Origin: Squalus acanthias
Lineage: Eukaryota
NCBI GenBank assembly: GCA_030390025.1
Contig: CM059432.1
Coordinates: 105,650,001 to 105,714,000 of the forward strand
Length of the DNA stretch: 64,000 nt
Direction of reading: 5' to 3'
Both the position numbers and the translations under genes were made by a program. The notes under the pieces were generated by a model. It searched no databases. It was given only the letters and a program-made list of their open reading frames with translations, and had not been told where the DNA came from. Below are positions 12,749 to 24,234 of the stretch, piece after piece (position 1 is the first letter of the stretch; each line of letters starts with the position of its first letter).

Positions 12749-14742
12749 ATGTCCAGCAGTAGACCTAAGTCTGCACTGAGGTTTGATGATGCCGCCCTGC
12801 AAGCTATGGTGGAGGGAGCAAGAGGGAATAAGGAGGTGCTCTTCCCTTCTTCAGGGAGGAAGAAGCCTCCCCAGCAGACGAAGGCTGTGTGGATGCAAGT
12901 GGCCCAGGAGGTCAACTCCTTATCTATGTGCCGCAGAACCTGGCTGCAATGCAGGAAGAGGTTTCATGACCTTCTGCGCACTGGAAAAGTAAGTATGACT
13001 TTCCCATCACCCTCAATCTGATCCCCATTGCCTCTCCTCACCAGCACTCAGCTTTGACAACCTCTTCCTCCACAGCCCACTTGACACTGACATCCCTGCA
13101 CCCTTACCCATTCCCTCTCTCTGTATGTTCACATTCACTTAACTATTCAACTATGAAGCCCTCACACTCCCGATCGCTGTGATGCTATGAAAACAACTTA
13201 TAACACACAGGGAGGACCCTTGGTCTTGCCACCTCACTGAATCTTTGTCTCCTTCTAGGCATCTATGCTATGGATTCTCTACACGCACTCCGTCATTCTC
13301 ACTCAAACTCCACTTGTCTCCCTCATTGCTGGAAAAGAGAGCTCACAATAAGAGGGAAAGAGCGAGGACAGGAGGAGGGCCACCCTCAGTAGCCCAGCTC
13401 ACCCCCTGAGAGGAGGCGGCCCTGGAGATCGTGGAAGTGGAGGACGATGCGCAAGTGGGGGACGGACAGACGGGTGCATCAGAGCAAGCTGGTGACATAA
13501 TAGTTTTTCATCTCTCTCATTGACATTGCATGAGTCACTGATAATGATTCTGATGTTCTAACAGATTGACTTATGATCATCTGCAATATTCAATGTGCAT
13601 GTAACCTTGGCCTCACATCTCTGACTCTTTCCTTTACTCCCCCACAGGACCATCGAAAGCCCCTGTCCCCACTATCCAGGAGGAACAGTCTGAGCCTCCA
13701 GACACCTCAGAGGAAGCTGCAACCTATGAGGGCGCAGCGTCAGCAGAATTCAGCGCACCCAGCACCAGCGCAGACACTCACACCTCGGTGGTACCTTCGC
13801 GAGATAGTGTAGTGTTGTCACCTGGTGTATCACAGCTCACAAGTGAGCATCAGCAGATGGTGGAGACAGGGACAGCAGTGGAGAGTCCTAGTCGGAGGGC
13901 GTAGGACTCTGCCAGCTCGGCTCAGCTGCATGTCGACCCTCTGCCTCCGTGTCCATCCAGAAGAAGAGCGGTGCTGGAACTCCAGGAAGAGGTGCAGGAG
14001 TCTCTGGCAGGTTTTGTCTCCAGGGTCGCTGCGAGTGTGGAGCGAATGGAGGAGTCCATCGCTAACATGAGCAGAGCCTTTGTGGAGGCGTTGGCGCATG
14101 AACGCATCACCACGGAAAGGATGGCAAGCTCCGTGGAAAGCATGGCTACCTCCGTGGTAAGGCTGGATACCGTAGAGGAGAGGATGGCTATGGTAGAGGA
14201 GAGGATGGCTATGTCCATCGAGAGCTTAGTCGCCAGGGTATGGAAAACATGGTCATTGTTCAGAATAGACTGACATCTCTTGAGGAGCGATGGTTAGCTA
14301 TTGAGCAAACAAACCAGACCTTCAGGCAAGTCCTCGGGAGTAGGACTTCCAGTACAGAAACGGGTCCTCATACCCCCCTGAAGTGCAGCAAGGTGCTGTC
14401 AAACCACTTGCTGGCTCTGAAGTGGAGCTGACCCATGAGAGGGATGTTGGTGGCAGACAACAAGGAAGTGGGGGCTCCTCTCCAAGCACTCACACGACCA
14501 TGCCACTGCAAAGTCCTCGGTCAGAGCCCCACCCAACTGAGATCGGTGTCTCAACCCCTGCACAGCCGCAGGAGCAGCAGACTGGTGCCGAGCCCTCACA
14601 GGCTCGCAACCCCAGAGGACGCCTGCCAAAGGTGTCGAGACAGGAGCAGCAAGAAAGTGAGCACGGGGCCTCCACATCTGCTGAAGCCACAGGGGAAGCA
14701 CCACGTAGGAGCACGTGTAAGAGGAAAATAATGCACAAGTAG
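12749..14742 (+). pseudogene. Three-exon Myb/SANT-like (NAIF1-type) Harbinger DNA-binding protein gene, disrupted
   Basis: Exons 12749-12988, 13332-13491, 13648-14742. Motifs RFDDAAL...W..VA.EVNS...RTWLQCRKRFHDL and AHNKRERARTGGGPP. Exon 2 acceptor is mutated (ctg), with TGA at 13407, a further stop and frameshifts. Confidence 0.85.
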
Positions 14743-15000
14743 TCACAAGGGTAGTCACTTGGGTGAAATGTCATGTTTAATGTTGAAAAGCCATCAGTTG
14801 GTTATTGTAAATAAAAAATTCTGATGGCAACTGTTGCAGTTGTGGCGTCAGTCATATCGCTAATGGGACTTCCACACTGAGGGCTTAGGATGACTTGCAA
14901 TTGTCAGTATGGTGGTCAGAGTGATAGGAATCCGCAGGTTCTTGGCCATTGTCAATGGTCTGATAAGAAGGTGCGAGGCAAAAGTGTTTGATTGTGCAGG

Positions 15001-15227
15001 CTAAGCAAATCTGGGCAAGAGGAGCGCGTCCCTTGCATCCCGGGCAGCAATGTGGTTGCGCGCTGGCGCCTTCTGGCCTGTGCAGCTTCAGGTGGGTGAG
15101 CGGCAGCTTGGCGCTCCTGTTGTTGCTGCTGCTGTTGGTGGTGCTGTTGTTCATGGATCTGTTGCTGCCACGGCTGGTCTTCGTTCGAATCTGATGTCCA
15201 GGAGGAAAGGAAATAAATGGTTCCCAT
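15001..15227 (-). pseudogene. Internally deleted Harbinger transposase remnant (Gln-rich N-terminus joined to C-terminus)
   Basis: MGTIYFLSSWTSDSNEDQPWQQQ... followed in another frame by NHIAARDARDALLLPRFA*, which resembles HARBI1-type C-termini. Convergent with the Myb gene. No DDE core. Confidence 0.6.
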
Positions 15228-16785
15228 GCTTCTGGTATATGCCTCAGTTGAGGAAGCGCTCATTCAAGGTGGCGAGAGGGGTTTCCCAGGAGGTCACACT
15301 GGAGATGGGTGTCAGGCTCCAAACTTCCACAACAATGGGTATGCCTGCTAAAAGTTCCCCCAGACCTGAGACAACAAAGTTCTGCCACCTGCAAATGATG
15401 ATTGCTGAAAACTCCTTTTTAATGGTGGAGCTGCAGCTGTTAGTAAGCATTCCACTTGTGCTGCCGCCAGGTTTCACTGGCGTGTTCCAGAGGAGACGTG
15501 AACCACGTGGGAAAAGTGTTAAAATCAGAAAGGCCTCTCAAAATGGGATTATAGAGGCACTTAACTGGTTGTTAAGGGCGTTAAGGGCCTATCCCACTCT
15601 TGGAGGCGGGATGGAGACGGGGTCAGAAAACTCGCATTTGGGAAAATTGCTCGGAGGCGGGATGGAGGCGGGATCGGGCCCGCCCCCCATTTATCGCGAT
15701 TTTAACACCTCACACGCCTCCTATCCCGCCTCCTCGGGCCTGGCAAAGTCAAGCCCTTTGTGTCTGTCTTCACGGAAGAAGATGCAAAAAACTTCCCGGA
15801 AATAGTGGACAACCAAGGGTCTATCGAGAATGAGGAACTGAAAGATATTAGTATTAGTAAAAAAGTACTACTGGAGAAATTAATGGGACTGAAAGCCAAT
15901 AAATCCCCTGGACTTGATGGCCTGCATCCTAAGGTTTTGAAAGAGTTGGCTATGGAGATAGTGGATGCATTGGTTGTCATTTTCCAAAATTCCATAGATT
16001 CCAGAATGGTTCCTGCGGTTTGGAAGGTAGCAAATGTAACCCAATTATTTAAGAAAGGAGGGAGAGAGAAAACGGGGAACTACAGACCAGTTAGCCTGAC
16101 ATCAGTAGTAGGGAAAATGCTATAATCTATTGTTAAGGATGTGGTAACAGGGCACTTAGAAAATAGTAATAGGATTGGGCAGAGTCAACACTAATTTATG
16201 AAAGGGAAATCGTGTTTGACAAATCTGTTGGAGTTTTTTGAGGTTGTAACTGGCAGAATAGATAAGGGCAAACCAGTGGATGTGGTGTATTTGGATTTTC
16301 AGAAGGCATTCGATAAGGTGTCACACAAGAGGTTATTGAACAAAATTAGGGCTCATGGGATTGGGGGTAATATACTAGCATGGACTGAGGATTGGTTAAA
16401 GGACAGCAAACAGAGACTAGGAATAAACAGGTCATTTTCGGGTTGACAGGCTGTAACTAGTGGGGTACCGCAAGGATCAGTGCTTGGGCCTCAGCTGTTC
16501 ACAATCTGTATCAATGATTTGGATGAGGGGACCACATGCAATATAACCAAGTTTGCTGATGATACAAAGCTGGGTGGGAATGTAAGTTGTGAGGAGCATG
16601 CAAGGAGGCATCAAGGGGATATGGACAGGCTAAGTGTGTGGGCAAGAACATGGCAAATGGAATACAATGTGGAGAAATGGTAGGAAAAATAGAAAAGCAG
16701 AGTATTTTTTAAATGGTGAGATATTGGGAAATGTTGGTGTTCAGAGGGACCTGGGTGTCCTTGTGCTGAATCACTAAAAGTTAAC

Positions 16786-19278
16786 ATAGAAACATAGAAA
16801 CATAGAAGATAGGAGCAGGAGCAGGCCATTCGGCCCCTCGAGCCTGCTCCGCCATTCAATGAGATCATGGCTGATCATCCAAATTCAGTACCCTGTCCCT
16901 GCCTTCTCACCATATCCCTTGATCCCTTTAGCTTTAAGAAATATATCAAACTCCTTCTTGAATATATTTAATGAATTGGCCTCAACTGCCTTCTGTGGTA
17001 GAGAATTCCACAGGTTCACCACTCTCTGGGTGAAGAAATTCCTCCTCATCTCAGTCCTAAATGGCTTACCTCTTATCCTTAGACTGTGACCTCTGGTTCT
17101 GGACTCCCCCGCCATCGGGAACATCCTTTCTGCATCTAGTCTGTCTAGTCCTGTTAGAATTTTATAAGTTTCAATGAGATCCCCTCTCATTCTTTGAAAC
17201 TCTAGCGAATATAAGCCTAATCGACCCAATCTCTCTTCATACGTCATTCCTGCCATCCCAGGTATCAGTCTGGGAAATCTTCGCTGCACTCCCTCCATGG
17301 CAAGAACATCCTTCCTCAGATAAGGCGACCAAAACTGCACACAATACTCAAGGTGTGGTCTCACCAAGGCCTTGTACAACTGCAGCAAGACATCCTTGCT
17401 CCTGTACTCGAATCCTCTCGCTATGAAGGCCAACATACCATTTGCCTTCTTAACCGCCTGCTGCACCTGCATGCTTACCTTCAGCGACTCGTGCACAAGG
17501 ACTCCCAGATCTCGTTGCACTTCCCCTTTTCCCAATCTATTGCCATTCAGATAATAATCTGTCTTCCTGTTTTTGCCACCAAAGTGGATAACCTCACATT
17601 TATCCACATTATACTGCATCTGCCATGCATCTGCCCAATCACCCAACCTGTCCAAATCATACTGGAGTTTCTCTGCATCCTCCTCACAGCACACACGCCC
17701 ACCCAGCTTTGTGTTGTCTGCAAACTTAGAGATATTACATCTAGTTCCCTCGTCTAGATCATTAATATATATTGTGAATAGCTGGGGTCCTAGCACCGAT
17801 CCCTGAGGTACCCCACTAGTCACTGCCTGCCACTCAGAAAAAGACCCGTTTATTCCAACTCTTTGCTTCCTGTCTGCCAACCAGTTCTCTATCCAAATCA
17901 GTACCTTACCCCCAATCCCATGTGCTTTAACTTTGCACGCTAATCTCTTATGCGGGACCTTATCGAAAGCCTTCTGAAAGTCCAAATACACCACATCCAC
18001 TGGTTCTCCCTTATCTATTCTACCAGTTACATCCTCAAAAAATTCCAGTAGATTAGTCAGGCATGATTTACCTTTTGTAAATCCATGTTGACTTTGTCCG
18101 ATCCTGTCACTGTTTTCCAAGTGCTCTGCTATTACATCTTTTATAATGGACTCTAGCATTTTCCCCACTACCGATGTCAGGCTTACCAGTCTATAATTCC
18201 CCGTTTTCTCTCAACCACCTTTTTTTGAATAGTGGGGTAACATAAGCTACCCTCCAATCCAAGGGTACTGTTCCAGAGTCTATCGAATTTTGAAAGATGA
18301 CCAGCAATGCATCCACTATTTCTAGGCCCACTTCCTTAAATACCCTAGGATGTAGATTATCAGTCCCTGGGGATTTATCGGCCTTCAATCCCGTCAATTT
18401 CCCTAACACTATTTCCCTACAAATACTGATTTCTTTCAGTTCCTCCCTCTCATTAGACCCTATGTTCCCCGACATCTCTGGGAGGTTATTTGTGTCCTCC
18501 TTTGTGAAGACAGAACCAAAGTATGTATTTAATTGGTCTGCCATTTCTTTGTTCCCCATTATAAATTCCCCTGATTCTGACTGCAAGGGACCTACGCTTG
18601 ACTTCACCAATCTTTTTCTCTTCACATATCTATAGAAGCTTTTACAGTCAGTTTTTATGTTACCTGCAAGCTTACTCTCATACTCTATTTTCCCCCTCTT
18701 AATTAATCCCTTTGTCCTTCTTTGCTGAATCCTATACTGCTCCCAATCCTCAGGTTTTCTGCTTTTTCTGGCCAATTTATATGTCCTCTCCTTGGATCTT
18801 ATGTTATCCCTAATTTCCTTTGTTAGCCACGGTTGAGTCACCTTTTGTGTTTTATTTTTATGCCAAACTGGAATGAACAAATTCTGTAGTTCATTCATGC
18901 AATCTTTGAATGTTTGCCATTGCCTATCCACCGTCAACCCTTTGAGTGACATTCCCCAATCAATCCTACCCAACTCGCGCCTCATACCATCGTAGTTTCC
19001 TTTATTTAAATTCAGGACCCTAGTCTCTGAGTCAACTACTTCACTCTCCATCTTAATGAAGAATTCTATCATATTATGATCGCTCCGACCCAAGGGGCCT
19101 CGCACAAGATTGCTAATTAATCCTTTCTCATTACATAATACCCAGTCTAAGATGGCCTGATCTCTAGTTGGTTCCTTGACATATTGGTCCAGGAAACCAT
19201 CCCGTATACACTCCAGGAATTCCTCCTCCACAGTATTGTTACTAATTTGGTTAGCCCAATCTATATGTAGATTAAAGT
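16786..19278 (-). mobile_element. CR1 LINE copy E, 5'-truncated, nested in copy D
   Basis: ORF2 pieces 18191-19291 and 16885-18168 (one frameshift), (TTCTATGT)n tail at 16786-16806, nearly identical to copy F. Confidence 0.93.
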
Positions 19279-20299
19279 GCAGGTACAGCAAGCAATTAGG
19301 AAAGCAAATGGTATGTTGACCTTATTACAAAAGGATTTGAGTATAAGAGTAAAGAAGTCTTACTGCAATTATATAGGGCCCTGGTGAGACCACACCTGGT
19401 GTATTGTGTACAGTTTTTGTCTCCTTACCTAAGGAAGGATATACTTGCCATAGAGGGAGTGCAACGAAGGTTCGCCAGACTGGTTCCTGGGATGGGGTGA
19501 TTGTCCTATGAGGGGAGATTGAGTAGACAAGGCCTATATTCTCTAGAGTTTAGAAGAATGAGAGGTGATCTCATTGAAACATACAAAATTCTTACAGGAC
19601 TCGACAGGGTAGATGCAGGGAGGATGTTTCCCCTGGCTGAGGAGTCTAGAACCAGGGATCACAGTCTCAGAATAAGGGGTCGACCATTTAGGACTGAGAT
19701 GAGGAGAAATTTCTTCACTCAGAGGGTGGTGAATCTTTGGAATTCTCTACCCCAGAAGGCTGTGGAGGCTCAGTCGTTGAGTATATTCAAGACAGAGATC
19801 AATAGATTTTTAAATATTAAGGGAATCAAGGGATATGGGGATAATTCAGGAAAGTGGAGATGAGGTAGAAGATCAGCTACTTGCCAAGTACACAATATCT
19901 CTTAGAGGCTGATTCTCAGAATAGCTCTGCTAATAGTAGCCATCATTGCTCACTGTAGCCACAAGTTTCCGCTTATGGGCTGCGTGGGTCAGCCAACAGC
20001 ATGCATTGTTGAAGCTCTTCCATGAAAAAGTGACTAATACTGTTTCCTGGAAGAACACCACCTAGAAAAATATATATCTTATCAGTTTCAACATTTAGAA
20101 ACATTAACTGATTAGAAGTCACAATCTGCCACTGGAGCTTCACAGTACAAAAAGAGCTGACACCCACAATCTAGTTTCCTTTAGGTCAAACTGCAACAAG
20201 TCTAGTTCATAGAAACATAGAAGATAGGAGCAGGAGTAGGCCATTCGGCCCCTCGAGTCTGCTCCGCCATTTAATGAGATCATGGCTGATCATCCAAAT

Positions 20300-23287
20300 T
20301 CAGTACCCTGTCCCTGCCTTTTGCCCATATCCCTTGAACCCTTTAGCCTTAAGAAATATATCTAACTCCTTCTTGAATATATTTAATGAATTGGCCTCAA
20401 CTGCCTTCTGTGGTAGAGAATTCCACAGGTTCACCACTCTCTGGGTGAAGAAATTCCTCCTCATCTCAGTCCTAAATGGCTTACCTCTTATCCTTAGACT
20501 GTGACCTCTGGTTCTGGACTCCCCCGCCATCGGGAACATCCTTTCTGCATCTAGTCTGTCTAGTCCTGTTAGAATTTTATAAGTTTCAATGAGATCCCCT
20601 CTCATTCTTCGAAACTCTAGCGAATATAAGCCTAATCGACACAATCTCTCTTCATACGTCATTCCTGCCATCCCAGGTATCAGTCTGGTAAATCTTCGCT
20701 GCACTCCCTCCATGGCAAGAACATTCTTCCTCAGATAAGGCGACCAAAACTGCACATAATACTCAAGGTGTGGTCTCACCAAGGCCTTGTACAACTGCAG
20801 CAAGACATCCTTGCTCCTGTACTCGAATCCTCTCGCTATGAAGGCCAACATACCATTTGCCTTCTTAACCACCTGCTGCACCTGCATGCTTACCTTCAGC
20901 GACTCGTGCACAAGGACTCCCAGATCTCGTTGCACTTCCCCTTTTCCCAATCTATTGCCATTCAGATAATAATCTGTCTTCCTGTTTTTGACACCAAAGT
21001 GGATAACCTCGCATTTATCCACATTATACTGCATCTGCCATGCATCTGCCCAATCACCCAACCTGTCCAAATCATACTGGAGTTTCTCTGCTTCCTCCTC
21101 ACAGTACACACGCCCACCCAGCTTTGTGTTGTCTGCAAACTTAGAGATATTACATCTAGTTCCCTCGTCTAGATCATTAATATATATTGTGAATAGCTGG
21201 GGTCCTAGCACCGATCCCTGCGGTACCCCACTAGTCACTGCCTGCCACTCGGAAAAAGACCCGTTTATTCCAACTCTTTGCTTCCTGTCTGCCAACCAGT
21301 TCTCTATCCAAATCAGTACCTTACCCCCAATCCCATGTGCTTTAACTTTGCACGCTAATCTCTTATGTGGGACCTTATCGAAAGCCTTCTGAAAGTCCAA
21401 ATATACCACATCCACTGGTTCTCCCTTATCTATTCTACCAGTTACATCCTCAAAAAATTCCAGTAGATTAGTCAGGCATGATTTACCTTTTGTAAATCCA
21501 TGTTGACTTTGTCCGATCCTGTCACTGTTTTCCAAGTGCTCTGCTATTACATCTTTTATAATGAACTCCAGCATTTTGCCCACTACCGATGTCAGGCTTA
21601 CCGGTCTATAATTCCCCGTTTTTTCTCTACCATCTTTTTTAAATAGTTGGGTTACATTAGCTACCCTCCAATCCATGGGAACTGTTCCAGAGTCTATAGA
21701 ATTTTGAAAGATGACCAGCAATGCATCCACTATTTCTAGGGCCACTTCCTTAAGTACATTAGGATGTAGATTATCAGGCCCTGGGGATTTATCGGCCTTC
21801 AATTCCGTCAATTTCCCTAACACCATTTCCCTACAAATACTGATTTCATTCAATTCCTCCCTCTCATTAGACCCTATGTTCCCCGACATCTCTGGGAGTT
21901 TATTTGTGTCCTCCTTTGCGAAGACAGAACCAAAGTATGTATTTAATTGGCCTGCCATTTCTTTGTTCCCCATTATAAATTCCCCTGATTCTGACTGCAA
22001 GGAACCTACGCTTGACTTCACCAATCTTTTTCTCTTCACATTTCTATAGAAGCTTTTACAGTCAGTTTTTATGTTCCCTGCAAGCTTACTCTCATATTCT
22101 ATTTTCCCCCTCTTAATTAATCCCTTTGTCCTCCTTTGCTGAATCCTAAACTGCTCCCAATCCTCAGGTTTGCTGCTTTTTCTGGCCAATTTATATGTCC
22201 TCTCCTTGGATCTTATGCTATCCCTAATTTCCCTTGTTAGCCACGGTTGAGTCACCTTTTTTGTTTTATTTTTATGCCAAACAGGGATGAACAAATTCTG
22301 TAGTTCATCCATGCGATCTTTAAATGTTTGCCATTGCCTATCCACCATCAACCCTTTAAGTAACGCTCCCCAATCCATCCTAGCCAACTCACGCCTCATA
22401 CCATCGTAGTTTCCTTTATTTAAATTCAGGACCCAAGTCTCTGAGTCAACTACTTCACTCTCCATCTTAATGAAGAATTCTATCATATTATGATCGCTCC
22501 GACCCAAGGGGCCTCGCACAACAAGATTGCTAATTAATCCTTTCTCATTACATAATACCCAGTCTAAGATGGCCTGATCTCTAGTTGGTTCCTCGACATA
22601 TTGGTCCAGGAAACCATCCCGTATACACTCTAGGAATTCCTCCTCCACAGTATTGTTACTAATTTGGTTAGCCCAATCTATATGTAGATTAAAGTCACCC
22701 ATGATAACTGCTGTGCCCTTATTGCACGCGTCTCTAATTTCCTGTTTAATGCCATCCCCAACCTCAGCATTACTGTTTGGGGGTCTGTATACAACTCCCA
22801 CTAACGTTTTCTGCCCCTTGGTATTTCTCAACTCTACCCATACAGATTCCACATCATCAGAGCTCATATCCTTCCTTACTATTGTGTTAATCTCCTCTTT
22901 AAGCAGCAATGCTACCCCACCTACTTTTCCTTTTTGTCTGTCCTTCCTGAATATTGAATACCCCTGGATGTTGAATTCCCAGCCTTGGTCACCCTGGTGC
23001 CATGTCTCCGTAATCCCAATTATATCATATCCGTTTACATCTATTTGCGCAGCTAACTCATCCACCTTATTATGAATGCTCCTCGCATTTAGACACAAAG
23101 CCTTCAGGCTTATTTTTTTAACACTCTTAGTCCTTTTAGAATTATTATTTACTGTAGCCCTGTTTGATTTACACCCTTGATTTCTCTGCCTTCCACTTTT
23201 GCTTTTCTCCTTCCTGTCTTTTGATTCTATCCTTGCTTCCCTTTCCTCTGTTTCCCTGCACAGATTCCCAACCCCCTGCCATTTTAG
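20300..23287 (-). CDS. CR1 ORF2p (AP endonuclease + reverse transcriptase), no AUG upstream of the first endonuclease motif, RT motif FADN
   Basis: [40 protein letters not shown]. The frame is open back to the ORF1 stop region. Confidence 0.9.
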   Translation of the reverse strand, partial: LKWQGVGNLCRETEEREARIESKDRKEKSKSGRQRNQGCKSNRATVNNNSKRTKSVKKISLKALCLNARSIHNKVDELAAQIDVNGYDIIGITETWHQGDQGWEFNIQGYSIFRKDRQKGKVGGVALLLKEEINTIVRKDMSSDDVESVWVELRNTKGQKTLVGVVYRPPNSNAEVGDGIKQEIRDACNKGTAVIMGDFNLHIDWANQISNNTVEEEFLECIRDGFLDQYVEEPTRDQAILDWVLCNEKGLISNLVVRGPLGRSDHNMIEFFIKMESEVVDSETWVLNLNKGNYDGMRRELARMDWGALLKGLMVDRQWQTFKDRMDELQNLFIPVWHKNKTKKVTQPWLTREIRDSIRSKERTYKLARKSSKPEDWEQFRIQQRRTKGLIKRGKIEYESKLAGNIKTDCKSFYRNVKRKRLVKSSVGSLQSESGEFIMGNKEMAGQLNTYFGSVFAKEDTNKLPEMSGNIGSNEREELNEISICREMVLGKLTELKADKSPGPDNLHPNVLKEVALEIVDALLVIFQNSIDSGTVPMDWRVANVTQLFKKDGREKTGNYRPVSLTSVVGKMLEFIIKDVIAEHLENSDRIGQSQHGFTKGKSCLTNLLEFFEDVTGRIDKGEPVDVVYLDFQKAFDKVPHKRLACKVKAHGIGGKVLIWIENWLADRKQRVGINGSFSEWQAVTSGVPQGSVLGPQLFTIYINDLDEGTRCNISKFADNTKLGGRVYCEEEAEKLQYDLDRLGDWADAWQMQYNVDKCEVIHFGVKNRKTDYYLNGNRLGKGEVQRDLGVLVHESLKVSMQVQQVVKKANGMLAFIARGFEYRSKDVLLQLYKALVRPHLEYYVQFWSPYLRKNVLAMEGVQRRFTRLIPGMAGMTYEERLCRLGLYSLEFRRMRGDLIETYKILTGLDRLDAERMFPMAGESRTRGHSLRIRGKPFRTEMRRNFFTQRVVNLWNSLPQKAVEANSLNIFKKELDIFLKAKGFKGYGQKAGTGY

Positions 23288-24234
23288 TTTAAACCCTCCC
23301 CAACAGCACTAGCAAACACTCCCCCTAGGGCATCAGTCCCGGTCCTGCCCAGGTGCAAACCGTCCAGTTTGTACTTGTCCCACCTCTCCCAGATCCGGTT
23401 CCAATGTCCCAGGAATTTGAATCCCTCCCCCATGCACCATTCTGCTAGCCACGTATTCATCTGAAATATCCTTCTATTTCTACTCTGACTAGCACGTGGC
23501 ACCGGTAGCAATCCTGAGATTACTACCTTTGTGGTCCTATTTTTTAATTTACCTCCTAACTCCCTATATTCAGCTTTTAGGACCTCATCCCGTTTTTTAC
23601 CTATATCGTTGGTACCTATATGCACCATGACAACTGGCTGTTCACCCTCCCCCTCCAGAATGCCCTGCAGCCGCTCCGAGACATCCTTGACCCTTGCACC
23701 AGGGAGGCAACATACCAACCTGGAGTCTCGTTTGCAGCTGCAGAAACGCCTATCTATTCCCCTTACAATAGAATCCCCTATCACTATAGCTCTCCCACTC
23801 TTTTTCCTCCCATCCTGTGCAGCAGAACCATCCATGGTGCCAGGAAGTTGGCTGCTGCTGCCTTCCCCCAATAAGCCATCTCCCTCAATAATATCCAAAG
23901 TGATATATCTGTTTGAGAGGGGGATGTCCACAGGGGACCCCTGCACTACCTGCCTGCGCCTACTACTCTGCCTGGTGGTCATCCATTCCCTTTCTGCCTG
24001 TGCAGCCTTTACCTGCGGTGTGACCAACTCCCTAAACGTGCTATCCACGATGTCCTCAGCATCGTGAATGCTCCAGTATGCATCCATTCGCAGCTCCAGT
24101 GCCGCAATGCGGTCTGCCAGTAGCTGCAGCTGGATACACTTACCGCACACATGGTCAACAGGGACACAGGAAGTGTCCCTGATTTCACACATAGTGCAGG
24201 AGGAGCATGCCACGGGGCCGAGCTGTGCTGCCAT
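23284..24234 (-). CDS. CR1 ORF1p (Cys motif, coiled coil, SGNH/GDSL esterase domain)
   Basis: CSSCTMC...HVCGKC, LQLLADRIAALEL heptads, GDSIVRG, VHIGTNDI, DGLHL. Open from ATG to TAA. Confidence 0.9.
   Translation of the reverse strand: MAAQLGPVACSSCTMCEIRDTSCVPVDHVCGKCIQLQLLADRIAALELRMDAYWSIHDAEDIVDSTFRELVTPQVKAAQAEREWMTTRQSSRRRQVVQGSPVDIPLSNRYITLDIIEGDGLLGEGSSSQLPGTMDGSAAQDGRKKSGRAIVIGDSIVRGIDRRFCSCKRDSRLVCCLPGARVKDVSERLQGILEGEGEQPVVMVHIGTNDIGKKRDEVLKAEYRELGGKLKNRTTKVVISGLLPVPRASQSRNRRIFQMNTWLAEWCMGEGFKFLGHWNRIWERWDKYKLDGLHLGRTGTDALGGVFASAVGEGLN

Larger units (their letters stand above)
12469..15756 (+). mobile_element. Non-autonomous PIF/Harbinger transposon carrying a Myb/SANT gene (copy 1)
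   Basis: TIRs GGGCTCGATTTTGTCA / TGGCAAAGTCAAGCCC (13/16 match), 3-bp TSD TTT (12466-12468, 15757-15759), clean insertion into CR1 copy D. Confidence 0.92.
10149..19877 (+). mobile_element. CR1 LINE copy D (degraded; pieces ~10149-12468, 15757-16785, 19279-19877), split by a Harbinger element and by CR1 copy E
   Basis: ORF1 esterase and ORF2 APE/RT remnants are collinear across both insertions (LNKYF|VSVFTEED; KVN|VQVQQAIRKANG). Confidence 0.88.

Noticed and set aside
14952..15805. Poly-Gln ORF and 251-aa ORF as host genes
   Set aside because: Both lie inside the Harbinger TIRs. The poly-Gln ORF is a transposase stub, and the 251-aa ORF is its antisense frame running through the TIR.
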